Of a DNA stretch of 64,000 nucleotides, positions 44,038-54,479 are shown piece after piece. Below the pieces are notes generated by a model. That model did no database searches and was not told where the DNA came from. It saw only the letters and a program-made list of their open reading frames with translations. The stretch lies in the IMG/VR virus record IMGVR_UViG_3300032285_004008, one strand, 5' to 3'. This stretch comes from a virus. How positions within the stretch are numbered: the stretch's first letter is position 1; each line of letters starts with the position of its first letter. The translations under genes and the position numbers were made by a program.

Positions 44038-44101
44038 TTGCTCTCCTAAAATTAAACCCTCCACCTATAATAAGGCAGAGGGTCTAATTTTTCAAATCTA
44101 A

Positions 44102-44386
44102 TTACTGATATTTTTCCTCTTCAGGAACGGTTTCACCAAGTCCATCAGCAGTTCCCTTAGGATCTTTGATGTTGAAGGCAGCATTGATCTCATCTTCGGT
44201 CAACTTACCATCATCAATAAAGGCACGAGCTAGACGCTCAACAACAGCTGCAACAGCACCAGCACCAGCCATAAGGGCAGACTGAGCAATGCTAACGCCA
44301 ACAATCGATCCAGTACCGATGGTAGCTAGAGCGGTGGCAATAAATACCGCAATGATGCGGTATAGGATGTCTAATACAATTTTCAT
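44102..44386 (-). CDS. Two-TM membrane protein (holin-like)
   Basis: Hydrophobic N-terminus, DDGKLT.DEINAAF tail. Confidence 0.65.
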   Translation of the reverse strand: MKIVLDILYRIIAVFIATALATIGTGSIVGVSIAQSALMAGAGAVAAVVERLARAFIDDGKLTEDEINAAFNIKDPKGTADGLGETVPEEEKYQ

Positions 44387-44453
44387 AGTTCTCCCAGGAG
44401 TAGAGGTTAGTTATATAAGCCTCTCTCCCAAGGGCTATGCATTTATTGTACCA

Positions 44454-44759
44454 TTATTGTCTATTTTTGACTTTACCATTGCGGAGCATACGGCGTCTGT
44501 CCCCCTGGGTAGTACCTCCCCAGATCCCCTGGGTATCTGGATTCTTTAAGGCATATGCCAAGCATTGTAGAGTAAAGGGGCAACTAGCGCATATAGCCTT
44601 AGCCTCCCGCTCATTAGAGTAAAACTCAAACCTAGTTATAGTACCCTCTAAGTGGTCAACGGGAAAGAAGATATCTGGATCAATCTCAGCGCATAAAGGA
44701 ATGCCATCATCTATAAAATCTGGAAAACCCTCTAGATATCCAATACCGTTAAAATCCAT
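44454..44759 (-). CDS. whiB: WhiB-family Fe-S transcription factor
   Basis: C..DPDIFFP..AKAICASCP...QCL..GIWGG. Confidence 0.92.
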   Translation of the reverse strand: MDFNGIGYLEGFPDFIDDGIPLCAEIDPDIFFPVDHLEGTITRFEFYSNEREAKAICASCPFTLQCLAYALKNPDTQGIWGGTTQGDRRRMLRNGKVKNRQ

Positions 44760-44781
44760 CCTAGGCCTTCCTAATACATAT

Positions 44782-44967
44782 TTACTTATTCGTATGCTGA
44801 AATCCAGATCCCTTAAAAGTTATCGGTGGAGCACTGAATACTCTCAATAGTTTACCTTCACAACCCTCTTCAATGCAAGTTGTTCTAGTGGAAGATTCGG
44901 TAATGCTCCTGATTTCCACATACCTGTGCTCAGGATTGATATCACATTTAAATTCATAAGTAGGCAT
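44782..44967 (-). CDS. FmdB-family zinc-ribbon protein
   Basis: MPTYEFKC..C..C..FKGSGF. Confidence 0.85.
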   Translation of the reverse strand: MPTYEFKCDINPEHRYVEIRSITESSTRTTCIEEGCEGKLLRVFSAPPITFKGSGFQHTNK

Positions 44968-44989
44968 ATATCAATCCTATAGGGTAAAA

Positions 44990-45015
44990 GAAAACCCCTC
45001 CGAAGAGGGGCTTTC
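44990..45015 (-). terminator. Terminator after nrdF
   Basis: CCCCTC-TTCG-GAGGGG plus T-run. Confidence 0.8.
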
Positions 45016-45024
45016 AACTTAGAA

Positions 45025-45996
<972 letters not shown>

Positions 45997-48114
45997 TTAT
46001 AGCATGCAAGAAACGCAACCCTCGACGTCAGTGCCGTCAAGAGCCATCTGGCGGATACGAATGTAATAAATAGTTTTAATGCCCTTCTTCCATGCATAAA
46101 TCTGGGCTCGGTTGACATCGCGAGTGGTTGCGGTGTCCTTGAAGAACAAGGTCAGCGACAGGCCTTGGTCGACGTGCTGGGTGGCAGCCGCGTAGGTGTC
46201 GATGATCTTCTCAGGGCCGATCTCATAGGCATCATCGTAATACTCAAGATTCTCATTAGTTAAGTAAGGAGCTGGGTAGTAAACACGACCAAGCTTTCCT
46301 TCTTTACGAATTTCAATCTTTGAAGCAATTGGGTGGATCGACGAGGTCGAGTTGTTGATGTACGAGATTGAACCGGTAGGAGGCACAGCCTGGAGGTTCT
46401 GGTTGTAGATACCAAAAGCCTGTACAGACTCTGAAAGCTCTTCCCAATCCCTTTGAGTAGGAATATTGATACCAGCATTCTTAAAGATATTTGCTACCTT
46501 CTCGGTCTGAGGCTTCCATTCCTGATCAATATACTTCTTAAAGAACTCACCTGAAGCATACTTTGACTTCTCAAAGTTATGGAACCATTCGCGCTTTTCA
46601 ATAGCAATCTTGTTAGATGCCTTTAGTGCGTGGAACAAAACGGTGTAGAAGTAAATGTTGGTGAAGTCGATACCTTCTTCTGAGCCATAGTGGATACGCT
46701 CCTTACCTAGATACCCATGCAGGTTCATCTGACCAAGACCAATCGCGTGGGCACGCTTATTGCCTTCAGCAATAGATGGAACAGACTCGATGTAGCTGAG
46801 GTCAGATACAGCAGTCAAAGCACGTACAGCAGTCTCGATGGTCTTACTAAAGTCCTTAGACTCCATAGCCTTAGCAATGTTTAGAGATGCAAGGTTGCAA
46901 GAAATATCACTACCAATCTCCTCATAACCCAAATCAGCCTTAAATGTAGATGGAGTATTGACCTGGAGGATCTCCGAGCAGAGGTTCGACATGTTGATGC
47001 GACCCTCGATTGGATTTGCGTTGTTCACGGTGTCCTCATACATAATGTATGGGTAGCCCGACTCAAACTGAAGCTCAGCGATACGCTCGAATAGTACACG
47101 TGCCTTGATCTTGGTCTTCTTGATGCGAGCATCGTCAACCATTTCCTGATACTTCTCAGTTACAGAGATGTCGCCAAACGGAACACCGTACACACTCTCA
47201 ACGTCGTATGGCGAGAATAGGTACATATCAGCATTCTCTTTTGCTAATTCAAGCGTAATATCCGGAATTACGATACCAATAGATAGAGTCTTAATACGAG
47301 TTTTCTCATCGGCATTCTCACGCTTAGTGTCTAAGAAACGAAGAATATCTGGGTGGTGAGCATTCAGGTAAACCGCACCAGCACCCTGACGAGCGCCAAG
47401 CTGATTTGCATAACTAAAAGCATCCTCTAGAAGTTTCATGACAGGAATAATTCCAGATGACTGATTCTCTATTTTTTTAATAGGAGCACCAAGCTCACGT
47501 AGGTTACTTAGATTAAGTGCAACACCACCACCACGCTTTGAAAGCTGTAGCGCCGAGTTGATGCCTCGAGAAATTGACTCCATGTTGTCTTCGATGCGCA
47601 GTAGGAAGCATGAAACAAATTCGCCACGCTGCTTCTTGCCAGAGTTCAAGAAGGTTGGAGTAGCAGGCTGGAAACGACCAGAAATAATCTCATCAATAAT
47701 ATTTAGAACTTGAGCCTCATCACCGCATGCAAGAGTCAAAGCATTCATAACTACACGGTCTTCAAAACGCTCCAGGTAGCGAGTGCCGTCGAAGGTCTTC
47801 AGTGCGTACGAGGTATAGAACTTGTAAGCACCAAGAAAAGCATCAAAACGGAACTTATAAGCATAGGCAGCCTGGAAGGCAGACTTAATAAACTCAGGAG
47901 AATACTGATTTAGTACTTCTGATTCATAATAGTCGTGCTCTACTAGATAGGCTAGTTTTTCTTCAAGCGTGTGGAAAAACACGGTATTTTGATTTACATG
48001 ATCTAAAAAATAGGCACGAGCAGCTTCTTTATCCTTATCGAACTGAATCTTACCCTCTGAATCGTAAAGATTCAGCATTGCATTCAGTTCGTGGTAGCTG
48101 TATTTGTTTTCCAT
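45997..48114 (-). CDS. nrdE: Class Ib ribonucleotide reductase alpha subunit
   Basis: [26 protein letters not shown]-terminal CVSC. Confidence 0.97.
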   Translation of the reverse strand: MENKYSYHELNAMLNLYDSEGKIQFDKDKEAARAYFLDHVNQNTVFFHTLEEKLAYLVEHDYYESEVLNQYSPEFIKSAFQAAYAYKFRFDAFLGAYKFYTSYALKTFDGTRYLERFEDRVVMNALTLACGDEAQVLNIIDEIISGRFQPATPTFLNSGKKQRGEFVSCFLLRIEDNMESISRGINSALQLSKRGGGVALNLSNLRELGAPIKKIENQSSGIIPVMKLLEDAFSYANQLGARQGAGAVYLNAHHPDILRFLDTKRENADEKTRIKTLSIGIVIPDITLELAKENADMYLFSPYDVESVYGVPFGDISVTEKYQEMVDDARIKKTKIKARVLFERIAELQFESGYPYIMYEDTVNNANPIEGRINMSNLCSEILQVNTPSTFKADLGYEEIGSDISCNLASLNIAKAMESKDFSKTIETAVRALTAVSDLSYIESVPSIAEGNKRAHAIGLGQMNLHGYLGKERIHYGSEEGIDFTNIYFYTVLFHALKASNKIAIEKREWFHNFEKSKYASGEFFKKYIDQEWKPQTEKVANIFKNAGINIPTQRDWEELSESVQAFGIYNQNLQAVPPTGSISYINNSTSSIHPIASKIEIRKEGKLGRVYYPAPYLTNENLEYYDDAYEIGPEKIIDTYAAATQHVDQGLSLTLFFKDTATTRDVNRAQIYAWKKGIKTIYYIRIRQMALDGTDVEGCVSCML

Positions 48115-48509
48115 AGCTGCTCTAGCCTCTCGGTAATTTGTTCGATATCTTCTGGCGTTCCTAATATTTCTGCACGATATAGCAACGGAACGCCCGTCTT
48201 AGCTACAACGACATCCGCGGCTAAGCAATAGTGTTCACCAAAATTGGTGTTACCAGTACCGATTACCCCGCGAATAAGGTCTCTATTTTGTTGCAAATTT
48301 AAAAATTTAACTACTTGACGTGGAACTGCTTTTTCATACTCTCCACCACCATATGTAGGAAGAATTAAAACATATTCACGTTCGGTAAGCAGAGGTTTTT
48401 CTGCGTCCCATTTGAGGGGGATCTGTACAAGAGTTGTTAGAGAAGAAAATTTCTCTGCAAATCGTTTTGTATTCCCGGAGGCGCTAGAGAAATAGACGAT
48501 GTCGTACAT
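48084..48509 (-). CDS. nrdI: NrdI flavodoxin
   Basis: [24 protein letters not shown]. Confidence 0.95.
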   Translation of the reverse strand: MYDIVYFSSASGNTKRFAEKFSSLTTLVQIPLKWDAEKPLLTEREYVLILPTYGGGEYEKAVPRQVVKFLNLQQNRDLIRGVIGTGNTNFGEHYCLAADVVVAKTGVPLLYRAEILGTPEDIEQITERLEQLWKTNTATTN

Positions 48510-48524
48510 AACATCAGCCTACTA

Positions 48525-48752
48525 CTAGTTGGTTGATAAAGCGCCTAGTTTGTCAGGACGGAAGCCTGACCAGTGGTCGTCGCCAGCGAATACAATAGGG
48601 GCAGCCTGATACCCAAGAGTCTTAACCATCTCATACGCAGTCTCATCTTGACTAAGGTCGACAACAGAATATTCAATGTTATTTTTATCTAGAACCTTTT
48701 TAGTACTCTCGCACTGGACGCAAGATGGGAGTGTATAAACGGTTACAGACAT
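48525..48752 (-). CDS. nrdH: NrdH glutaredoxin-like protein
   Basis: CVQC, WSGFRPD. Confidence 0.95.
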   Translation of the reverse strand: MSVTVYTLPSCVQCESTKKVLDKNNIEYSVVDLSQDETAYEMVKTLGYQAAPIVFAGDDHWSGFRPDKLGALSTN

Positions 48753-48871
48753 AGCATGGGCCTTTCAGGCATCGAATTATAAGCCAAAACCTGACGATTT
48801 ATCCAAAAATATCTGGTTCGTCAGGAGGTGGATTACTAGTATAAATCAAAAATTGACTAGCGATTTTTTCA

Positions 48872-49102
48872 CTAAAAGAATGATACTTCTTCTACTATTT
48901 CTTTGCAAATCGGGCATATTTTTAATCGCTCAGGATTTTTTGAAGGTATAAAAATTTTTCCACATAGTGCTTGAACAGGAGTCCCCATAACATAGCCCTC
49001 TGTAACAGAGGCAGCTTCAGCATAGTGAGCAAGTTCATTATTATCATTCGAATCAGTTTGCTGATTTAGATCAGTATCTATTAGATCTAAAACCTGAGTC
49101 AT
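48872..49102 (-). CDS. DUF3039 protein
   Basis: AHY..V.GTPV.ALCGK..CPICKEI. Confidence 0.8.
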   Translation of the reverse strand: MTQVLDLIDTDLNQQTDSNDNNELAHYAEAASVTEGYVMGTPVQALCGKIFIPSKNPERLKICPICKEIVEEVSFF

Positions 49103-50052
49103 ACTTCCTCCAATAAATTCATTACAGTAGATTTAGGAATTATAGCTAGGTGACTGCTTAAATCATTAATCCCATAAGAAATAATAAAGTCATTATCTTT
49201 TTCAACTAATCCAGCTGCAAACTCAATGCCACTAATCTCAAACTGAAACTCGGGGGTGAGAGAAATAATATCCCCCATGGAGTTATATCTAACAAATTGG
49301 TGAGTATAAAATTTCTGTTTACCTGCTTGCACAGCGAAAGTTCTAATGCTTTGATACGTGACATTTTTTATATATAGCATATGAACTACAGCTAGATAGG
49401 TACCATCACCAAGATCATGTAAGTTAGTGTTGCCTCTAAGGCCACTTAATTTTTTATTTGAATTAAATTTATTTATAAGAATGTTTTCTTTAATAATCCC
49501 AGTTGGACCATAAATATAGTCAAAATTTGGATTGGGTTCGTAAGGTGCCATCCAATTTTTCTCTGGTTTAGCATACTCCGGACCATCATATTTTTTTACT
49601 AAAGTAGCTAGATTACTTTTATGGTCATACCTGTATAAAGCCACGCGAGCAACCGGGGTGTGGGACTTTTCCATCATAATTCCAGTAAAGTGCCAAGATC
49701 CATCTCTCCAAAAAAGCTTGGCATCTTCAATCCCACGTTCTAACTTATAGTCAGATTTTTCAAATTCAATTTGACGCAGGTTCTGTATATTTAAATCTTT
49801 ATCTAGTTCAGCAAACCAAACTTGATTTTTAATCTCTCCCTGATTAGTTACCTCTAGATAGCCAGTATCTAGGTAGATAACATAATTACTAGAACGAATA
49901 GTCAAGGCATACCCTTCTACTGGAGAGTATGCAATCGAAGGGTTAAAGGCAGACCATGTTTTTATCTCTGGATCTACTAATCTACGTATTTGTCTAGTAG
50001 TTCCACCTAATTTTTTAATATTAGGGTATGATTGTTTGATTTTATTTTTCAT
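49099..50052 (-). CDS. Five-bladed beta-propeller glycosidase/phosphorylase-like protein
   Basis: FNPSI, GIEDAKL, EKNW.P, IEFAAGL, SYGIND. Confidence 0.65.
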   Translation of the reverse strand: MKNKIKQSYPNIKKLGGTTRQIRRLVDPEIKTWSAFNPSIAYSPVEGYALTIRSSNYVIYLDTGYLEVTNQGEIKNQVWFAELDKDLNIQNLRQIEFEKSDYKLERGIEDAKLFWRDGSWHFTGIMMEKSHTPVARVALYRYDHKSNLATLVKKYDGPEYAKPEKNWMAPYEPNPNFDYIYGPTGIIKENILINKFNSNKKLSGLRGNTNLHDLGDGTYLAVVHMLYIKNVTYQSIRTFAVQAGKQKFYTHQFVRYNSMGDIISLTPEFQFEISGIEFAAGLVEKDNDFIISYGINDLSSHLAIIPKSTVMNLLEEV

Positions 50053-50858
50053 ACGTAAAGCACCGATGGATAACGATCTATAACTTTAGAAATTTTTTTT
50101 GCAACTACAAATAAATTATCTCCCATATCAGCCAAGTTTAAATCATATCCAGCAGCCTTTAAACGCTCTAGATCTTCCAGCACGGGCTTTTCAAAGGTAT
50201 TCTCGGTCCAAATATCAACTTGAAATCCAGCAGCTTCTAGAACTGTTTTAAGGGTTCTTTTACTGTATTCATAGTTGTGACGATATCGACTACCATCCTT
50301 ATGGTATTGCATATAGAAATAGGGCTCATACCCCCTGAGAATCTTCCAAACCCCCTGAGTACTACAAACATTTGGCGTAGTTAAAACTAAGACTCCACCC
50401 TCTTTTAGAACTCTATTAATTTCTGAAAGCATATACATAGGGTCAGAATCTAAATGCTCTAATACCTCAGAGCACAACACGGAATCGTAAAAAGAATCTT
50501 CAATAGGTAAGGGCATGGTCTCAAGGTCTACAGCCATATAGTTAGTTTCGATACTGAAGGTACCCAAAGATAGTGGCATAGTCCCAGTAGTTGGCATATC
50601 TAAATCAAAATGGGTCACATCCACTTGTAAGCCAGGGATTAGATTATTTAAGGCTAACGGAATAATTGAGCTAGTCCCCATTTCTAGCATTTTACTTCCA
50701 AGATTCTGATTTAACAAAACCTCTAAAGTCTTGCTATAGCGTACCTCATGAGAGGCGTGATATTCTTCATCAGAACCATATTTAGAATCTTGTTTTAAAA
50801 GTATTTTTAAAACACTAGAAACATGCTCTCTTACCCCAACATCTTGTGGTGAATTCAT
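50049..50858 (-). CDS. Class I SAM-dependent methyltransferase
   Basis: LEMG, DSVLCSEVLEHL, RVLKEGGVLVLTTPN. Confidence 0.85.
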   Translation of the reverse strand: MNSPQDVGVREHVSSVLKILLKQDSKYGSDEEYHASHEVRYSKTLEVLLNQNLGSKMLEMGTSSIIPLALNNLIPGLQVDVTHFDLDMPTTGTMPLSLGTFSIETNYMAVDLETMPLPIEDSFYDSVLCSEVLEHLDSDPMYMLSEINRVLKEGGVLVLTTPNVCSTQGVWKILRGYEPYFYMQYHKDGSRYRHNYEYSKRTLKTVLEAAGFQVDIWTENTFEKPVLEDLERLKAAGYDLNLADMGDNLFVVAKKISKVIDRYPSVLYV

Positions 50859-50950
50859 CTATAATCCCTAAATATGCCGCTAAGAGGCCCATCTTACCAT
50901 ACTGCAAATGATGTAAAATAAGTATTGACTGTATCTCCCGAAAGTGCGTA

Positions 50951-51313
50951 ATGAGTACACCTGCTGGTCTTTATAACATCATAGCCGATCAGGGCTCTAC
51001 TTTTTCACGCACAATCGTATGGCGAGATCCAGCCAAAAAACCAATCCTGATGGAAGGCTACAAAGCCCGAATGCATGTCAGAAAATCAGTGGATGACGCC
51101 GATACAGTCCTCGTACTCACTACTGAAAACGGTAGAATTAGCCTGCACCGAACCAATGGTCAGATTACTTTAACTGTAGATGACAGCATAATGGCTGATA
51201 TTCCTGAAGACAAGTACGTATATGACCTAGAGCTCATCGGCCCTAGTGCAAACCTGTACGTATACAAACTACTAACAGGCAACTTTGTTGTCCGAGCAGA
51301 GGTGACTAGATAA
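50951..51313 (+). CDS. Virion structural protein (BppU/LtfC-like Ig fold)
   Basis: DQGSTF..ARM.VR..YVYDLEL..G.F.V..EVTR; first gene of the tail module. Confidence 0.7.
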   Translation: MSTPAGLYNIIADQGSTFSRTIVWRDPAKKPILMEGYKARMHVRKSVDDADTVLVLTTENGRISLHRTNGQITLTVDDSIMADIPEDKYVYDLELIGPSANLYVYKLLTGNFVVRAEVTR

Positions 51314-51630
51314 TGGCCGGAGACGTCCCAAGTAGTGTTGCTACTGGTAAATATGTCCGTCAAATTGTAGTAACCGCCCCCGGACCTCAAGGCCCTGGCG
51401 GAGTTGACGGAATTCAAGCCAGTCAAATTGTAGATTTGGTTTCATACAAGCACACCCAAAACAGCCCACTAGCTGTCTGGACAGTAGTTCATAACTTAAA
51501 CTTCTTCCCGAACGTCACCGTTTTTGATAGCGGAGAGTCTCAGGTAGAGGGATCAGTGACACATATCGACGAAACCCGCTTAACTATATCTTTTTCATCA
51601 GCAATTGCTGGAAAAGCTCATCTCTCATAA
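51313..51630 (+). CDS. Tail-associated protein
   Basis: GPQGPGG; WTVVHNL..P.VTV. Confidence 0.65.
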   Translation: MAGDVPSSVATGKYVRQIVVTAPGPQGPGGVDGIQASQIVDLVSYKHTQNSPLAVWTVVHNLNFFPNVTVFDSGESQVEGSVTHIDETRLTISFSSAIAGKAHLS

Positions 51631-51640
51631 GGAAAATTAA

Positions 51641-54004
51641 ATGTCACGTCAATTCCTAACGGGGCTCAATCTTAATAAGAATGAGCTACAAAATGCCAGA
51701 ATTCAAAACCTAGCTACCGCCCCGTCATCTCCTGTAGCAGGTCAAATTTATTTTGATACTACCCATCACCACCTTCGCCAATGGGACGGCTCTCAATGGC
51801 TAACTTATGCCTCACTAGCTGAGCTACAGACAGCCCTAACCACAGGCACTCAGACTAACATCAGCGTTACCTATGATGCAGGTAGTGGTGTCTACAACTT
51901 TGTGGCTGAAAACGGCGTTGCTGACTCAACTACTGATGATCTAGAAGAAGGCACTACTAACCTATACTTCACCAACCAGCGTGCAATCGATGCCGTTGGC
52001 GGTTCTGCTACCTCAGCAAATACTCCTAATACTGTTGTAAAGCGCGGAACATCTGGCGAATTTGCTGCTGGAACCATTACTACCAATGCTGTCTCTTCAG
52101 AGGCAGGAGATGCCTTCACCCTAACTGGTAGCACCAGCGTAGATATTACTGCAAATAATGGATATGTAGGCCTTAATGTAACTGACGGTGCTTATGTTAA
52201 CGAAGACGAGATTGTCACTAGAACTGCATCTCAGACTCTAACCAATAAGACTCTAGATACAGCTACCCTCAAGGGTCGTATTTCTCTAACTGACTCTGGC
52301 AACACCGAGACCGCCTACATCGAGCACTCATATACAGGTACTACCAGAATTGTTTCTGGCGATGACTTTGCTATCCGCTCTACTGATGGTGACATCATCC
52401 TTTATCCAGGAAATGACAATGGCGGAACTGGTCGTGCATACGTCCACTGGGGTAATGATGCTACTGGTGCTGGCCTTGGTAATGAAATCCTTACCAGAGA
52501 TGCATCTCAGGTAATTACTAACAAGACTGTAAACGATGAGTTGTACTTCACAAACCCATCTACCTACCCTACCGTTGATGGTGGAATCAAGGTAAATGAC
52601 TCTACCGAAGTCCTCGAGATCCACGGATACACTACAGGCATCGAGCTTCTAACAGCTAATGGAGATATTACTCTTTCTCCAGATGCTAACGTACACGTTA
52701 ATTCAAGCGTAATTGCCACCAATAACCTATACGGTCGTCTAGGTATTTTTGGTGGTCCAGACAATGACAATGATGGTGGCCTATATGTCTACAAGGTAGG
52801 CGGAGGAGAGACCTTCTCTGTAGATGCAAGTGCAGATACTGCCATCGTTCACGGCTCGCTACAGATTGCAGCTCCTGGAGCTGGCTACTCTGTAATCGGA
52901 ATCAGCGAAGACGGTAGCGGTAACGGTATCATCAACGGTTGGAACAACAACCTTATCCTTACCTCAGATAATGGTGCTCATGGCGTGTATCTAGGAAGCG
53001 TAGCTAACGATAACCGCGTAGTTACTCAGGGTGCAAACCAGTACCTAAATAACAAGACACTTGGTGTAGGTACAGTCCTAGGCGATAACCTAGATGCTGA
53101 TGGCTACAAGATTATTAATCTTGCTACTCCGACTGATCCTAATGATGCAGCTACCAAGGCATATGTTGACAACGCAACTGCAGGTCTAACCTGGAAGAAC
53201 GCTGTAGACCTTCTATGGGATGACTCTAATGCAGGTCTGACCGGAGATACCGGAACTCTAGTAATTGATGGACACACTGCCCTAAACACCAGCCACGTCG
53301 GTTACCGCATTCTCATTACCAGTGGCACAAACGCAGGTATCTGGAGCTACGCTGATGATGGCGATGTTTGGACCCTTTCTCGTGCAACTGATGCTGATGC
53401 TTTCGCTGAGCTAAAGGGTGCAACCGTATTCGTCGAGGAAGGCGAAACTTACGGACAGTCAGCTTGGACTCAGGCTAACCACTACATTGCTGATTTTACT
53501 GGACAAGACTGGGTACAGTTCTCTGGTGGTTCTCAGATTATTGCTGGTGCAGGTCTAACTAAGTCTGGGAATCAACTTGATGCAGTTGGTACTGCTGATA
53601 GAATCACCGTAAATTCTGACAGTATTGACATTGCTTCTACCTATGTAGGTCAAGAATCAATCACTACTCTCGGTACAATCACCACTGGTGAATGGAATGG
53701 TACAACCATTGCTGTAGCTGACGGTGGTACTGGAGCAACTACTGCTGCTGGTGCACGTGAAAACCTTGGTGCAACTACTAAGTACGCTGCAAATAACCCT
53801 GCACTTACTGCCGTGTCTGGCAGCGTTTCATGGGTAGTTAGCCACAATCTAGGAACTGAAGACGTAATTGTTCAGCTAAAAGATATAAGTACTAAGGAAT
53901 TAGTAGAAGTTGATGTTGACATCACTAGCACAAATACAGTTACCCTTTCATGGGTTTCTAGTAACGTTGCTGATGACTCATTCCGCGTTGTTGTTGTAGG
54001 CTAG
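51641..54004 (+). CDS. Tail fibre/spike-like protein
   Basis: Thr/Gly-rich; GQIYFDT, TLTNKT, DAATKAYVD, GGTGATTA, HNLGT motifs. Confidence 0.8.
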   Translation: MSRQFLTGLNLNKNELQNARIQNLATAPSSPVAGQIYFDTTHHHLRQWDGSQWLTYASLAELQTALTTGTQTNISVTYDAGSGVYNFVAENGVADSTTDDLEEGTTNLYFTNQRAIDAVGGSATSANTPNTVVKRGTSGEFAAGTITTNAVSSEAGDAFTLTGSTSVDITANNGYVGLNVTDGAYVNEDEIVTRTASQTLTNKTLDTATLKGRISLTDSGNTETAYIEHSYTGTTRIVSGDDFAIRSTDGDIILYPGNDNGGTGRAYVHWGNDATGAGLGNEILTRDASQVITNKTVNDELYFTNPSTYPTVDGGIKVNDSTEVLEIHGYTTGIELLTANGDITLSPDANVHVNSSVIATNNLYGRLGIFGGPDNDNDGGLYVYKVGGGETFSVDASADTAIVHGSLQIAAPGAGYSVIGISEDGSGNGIINGWNNNLILTSDNGAHGVYLGSVANDNRVVTQGANQYLNNKTLGVGTVLGDNLDADGYKIINLATPTDPNDAATKAYVDNATAGLTWKNAVDLLWDDSNAGLTGDTGTLVIDGHTALNTSHVGYRILITSGTNAGIWSYADDGDVWTLSRATDADAFAELKGATVFVEEGETYGQSAWTQANHYIADFTGQDWVQFSGGSQIIAGAGLTKSGNQLDAVGTADRITVNSDSIDIASTYVGQESITTLGTITTGEWNGTTIAVADGGTGATTAAGARENLGATTKYAANNPALTAVSGSVSWVVSHNLGTEDVIVQLKDISTKELVEVDVDITSTNTVTLSWVSSNVADDSFRVVVVG

Positions 54005-54029
54005 TTTCACAATATACTAAGGATAAAAC

Positions 54030-54479
54030 TTGTCTAGAAAGTTTTTAACACCGATAAACCTACCGCATGGGACCACTCTTCCATCGGTAGGTTCATCTGG
54101 TGATTTATTTTACAAAACAGACGAGCAAACAGTATATGTACATACATCTACGAGATGGATTGCGGCTCAAGGTGGCGGTAGCGGTGGGTACCTATCATCT
54201 TTATATGATGTCTCTATAACAGCGCCTATAGAGGGAGACATTCTCCTATATAACAGCGCAGACTCTACATGGCAAAATACTTCTCTAGCCGATATTCTAT
54301 ATGGCCCTGTAAGCACAGCCTGGATGAGCCAAGTAATGACAAATGTATTAATAGAGACCGGACTATTAAATGGTGATAGCGGATTATACAACGCTCAGCC
54401 AACTGGTACAATTGATGGTGGAACCCCGACCACTTCTTACCTAATTACCTATGATGGTGGAAACGAAAGTAGCTTCTAA
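54030..54479 (+). CDS. Tail-associated protein
   Basis: N-terminus like the previous gene (MSRKFLT); L..L.DV.I..GDILLYN..W.N; DGG motifs. Confidence 0.7.
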   Translation: MSRKFLTPINLPHGTTLPSVGSSGDLFYKTDEQTVYVHTSTRWIAAQGGGSGGYLSSLYDVSITAPIEGDILLYNSADSTWQNTSLADILYGPVSTAWMSQVMTNVLIETGLLNGDSGLYNAQPTGTIDGGTPTTSYLITYDGGNESSF

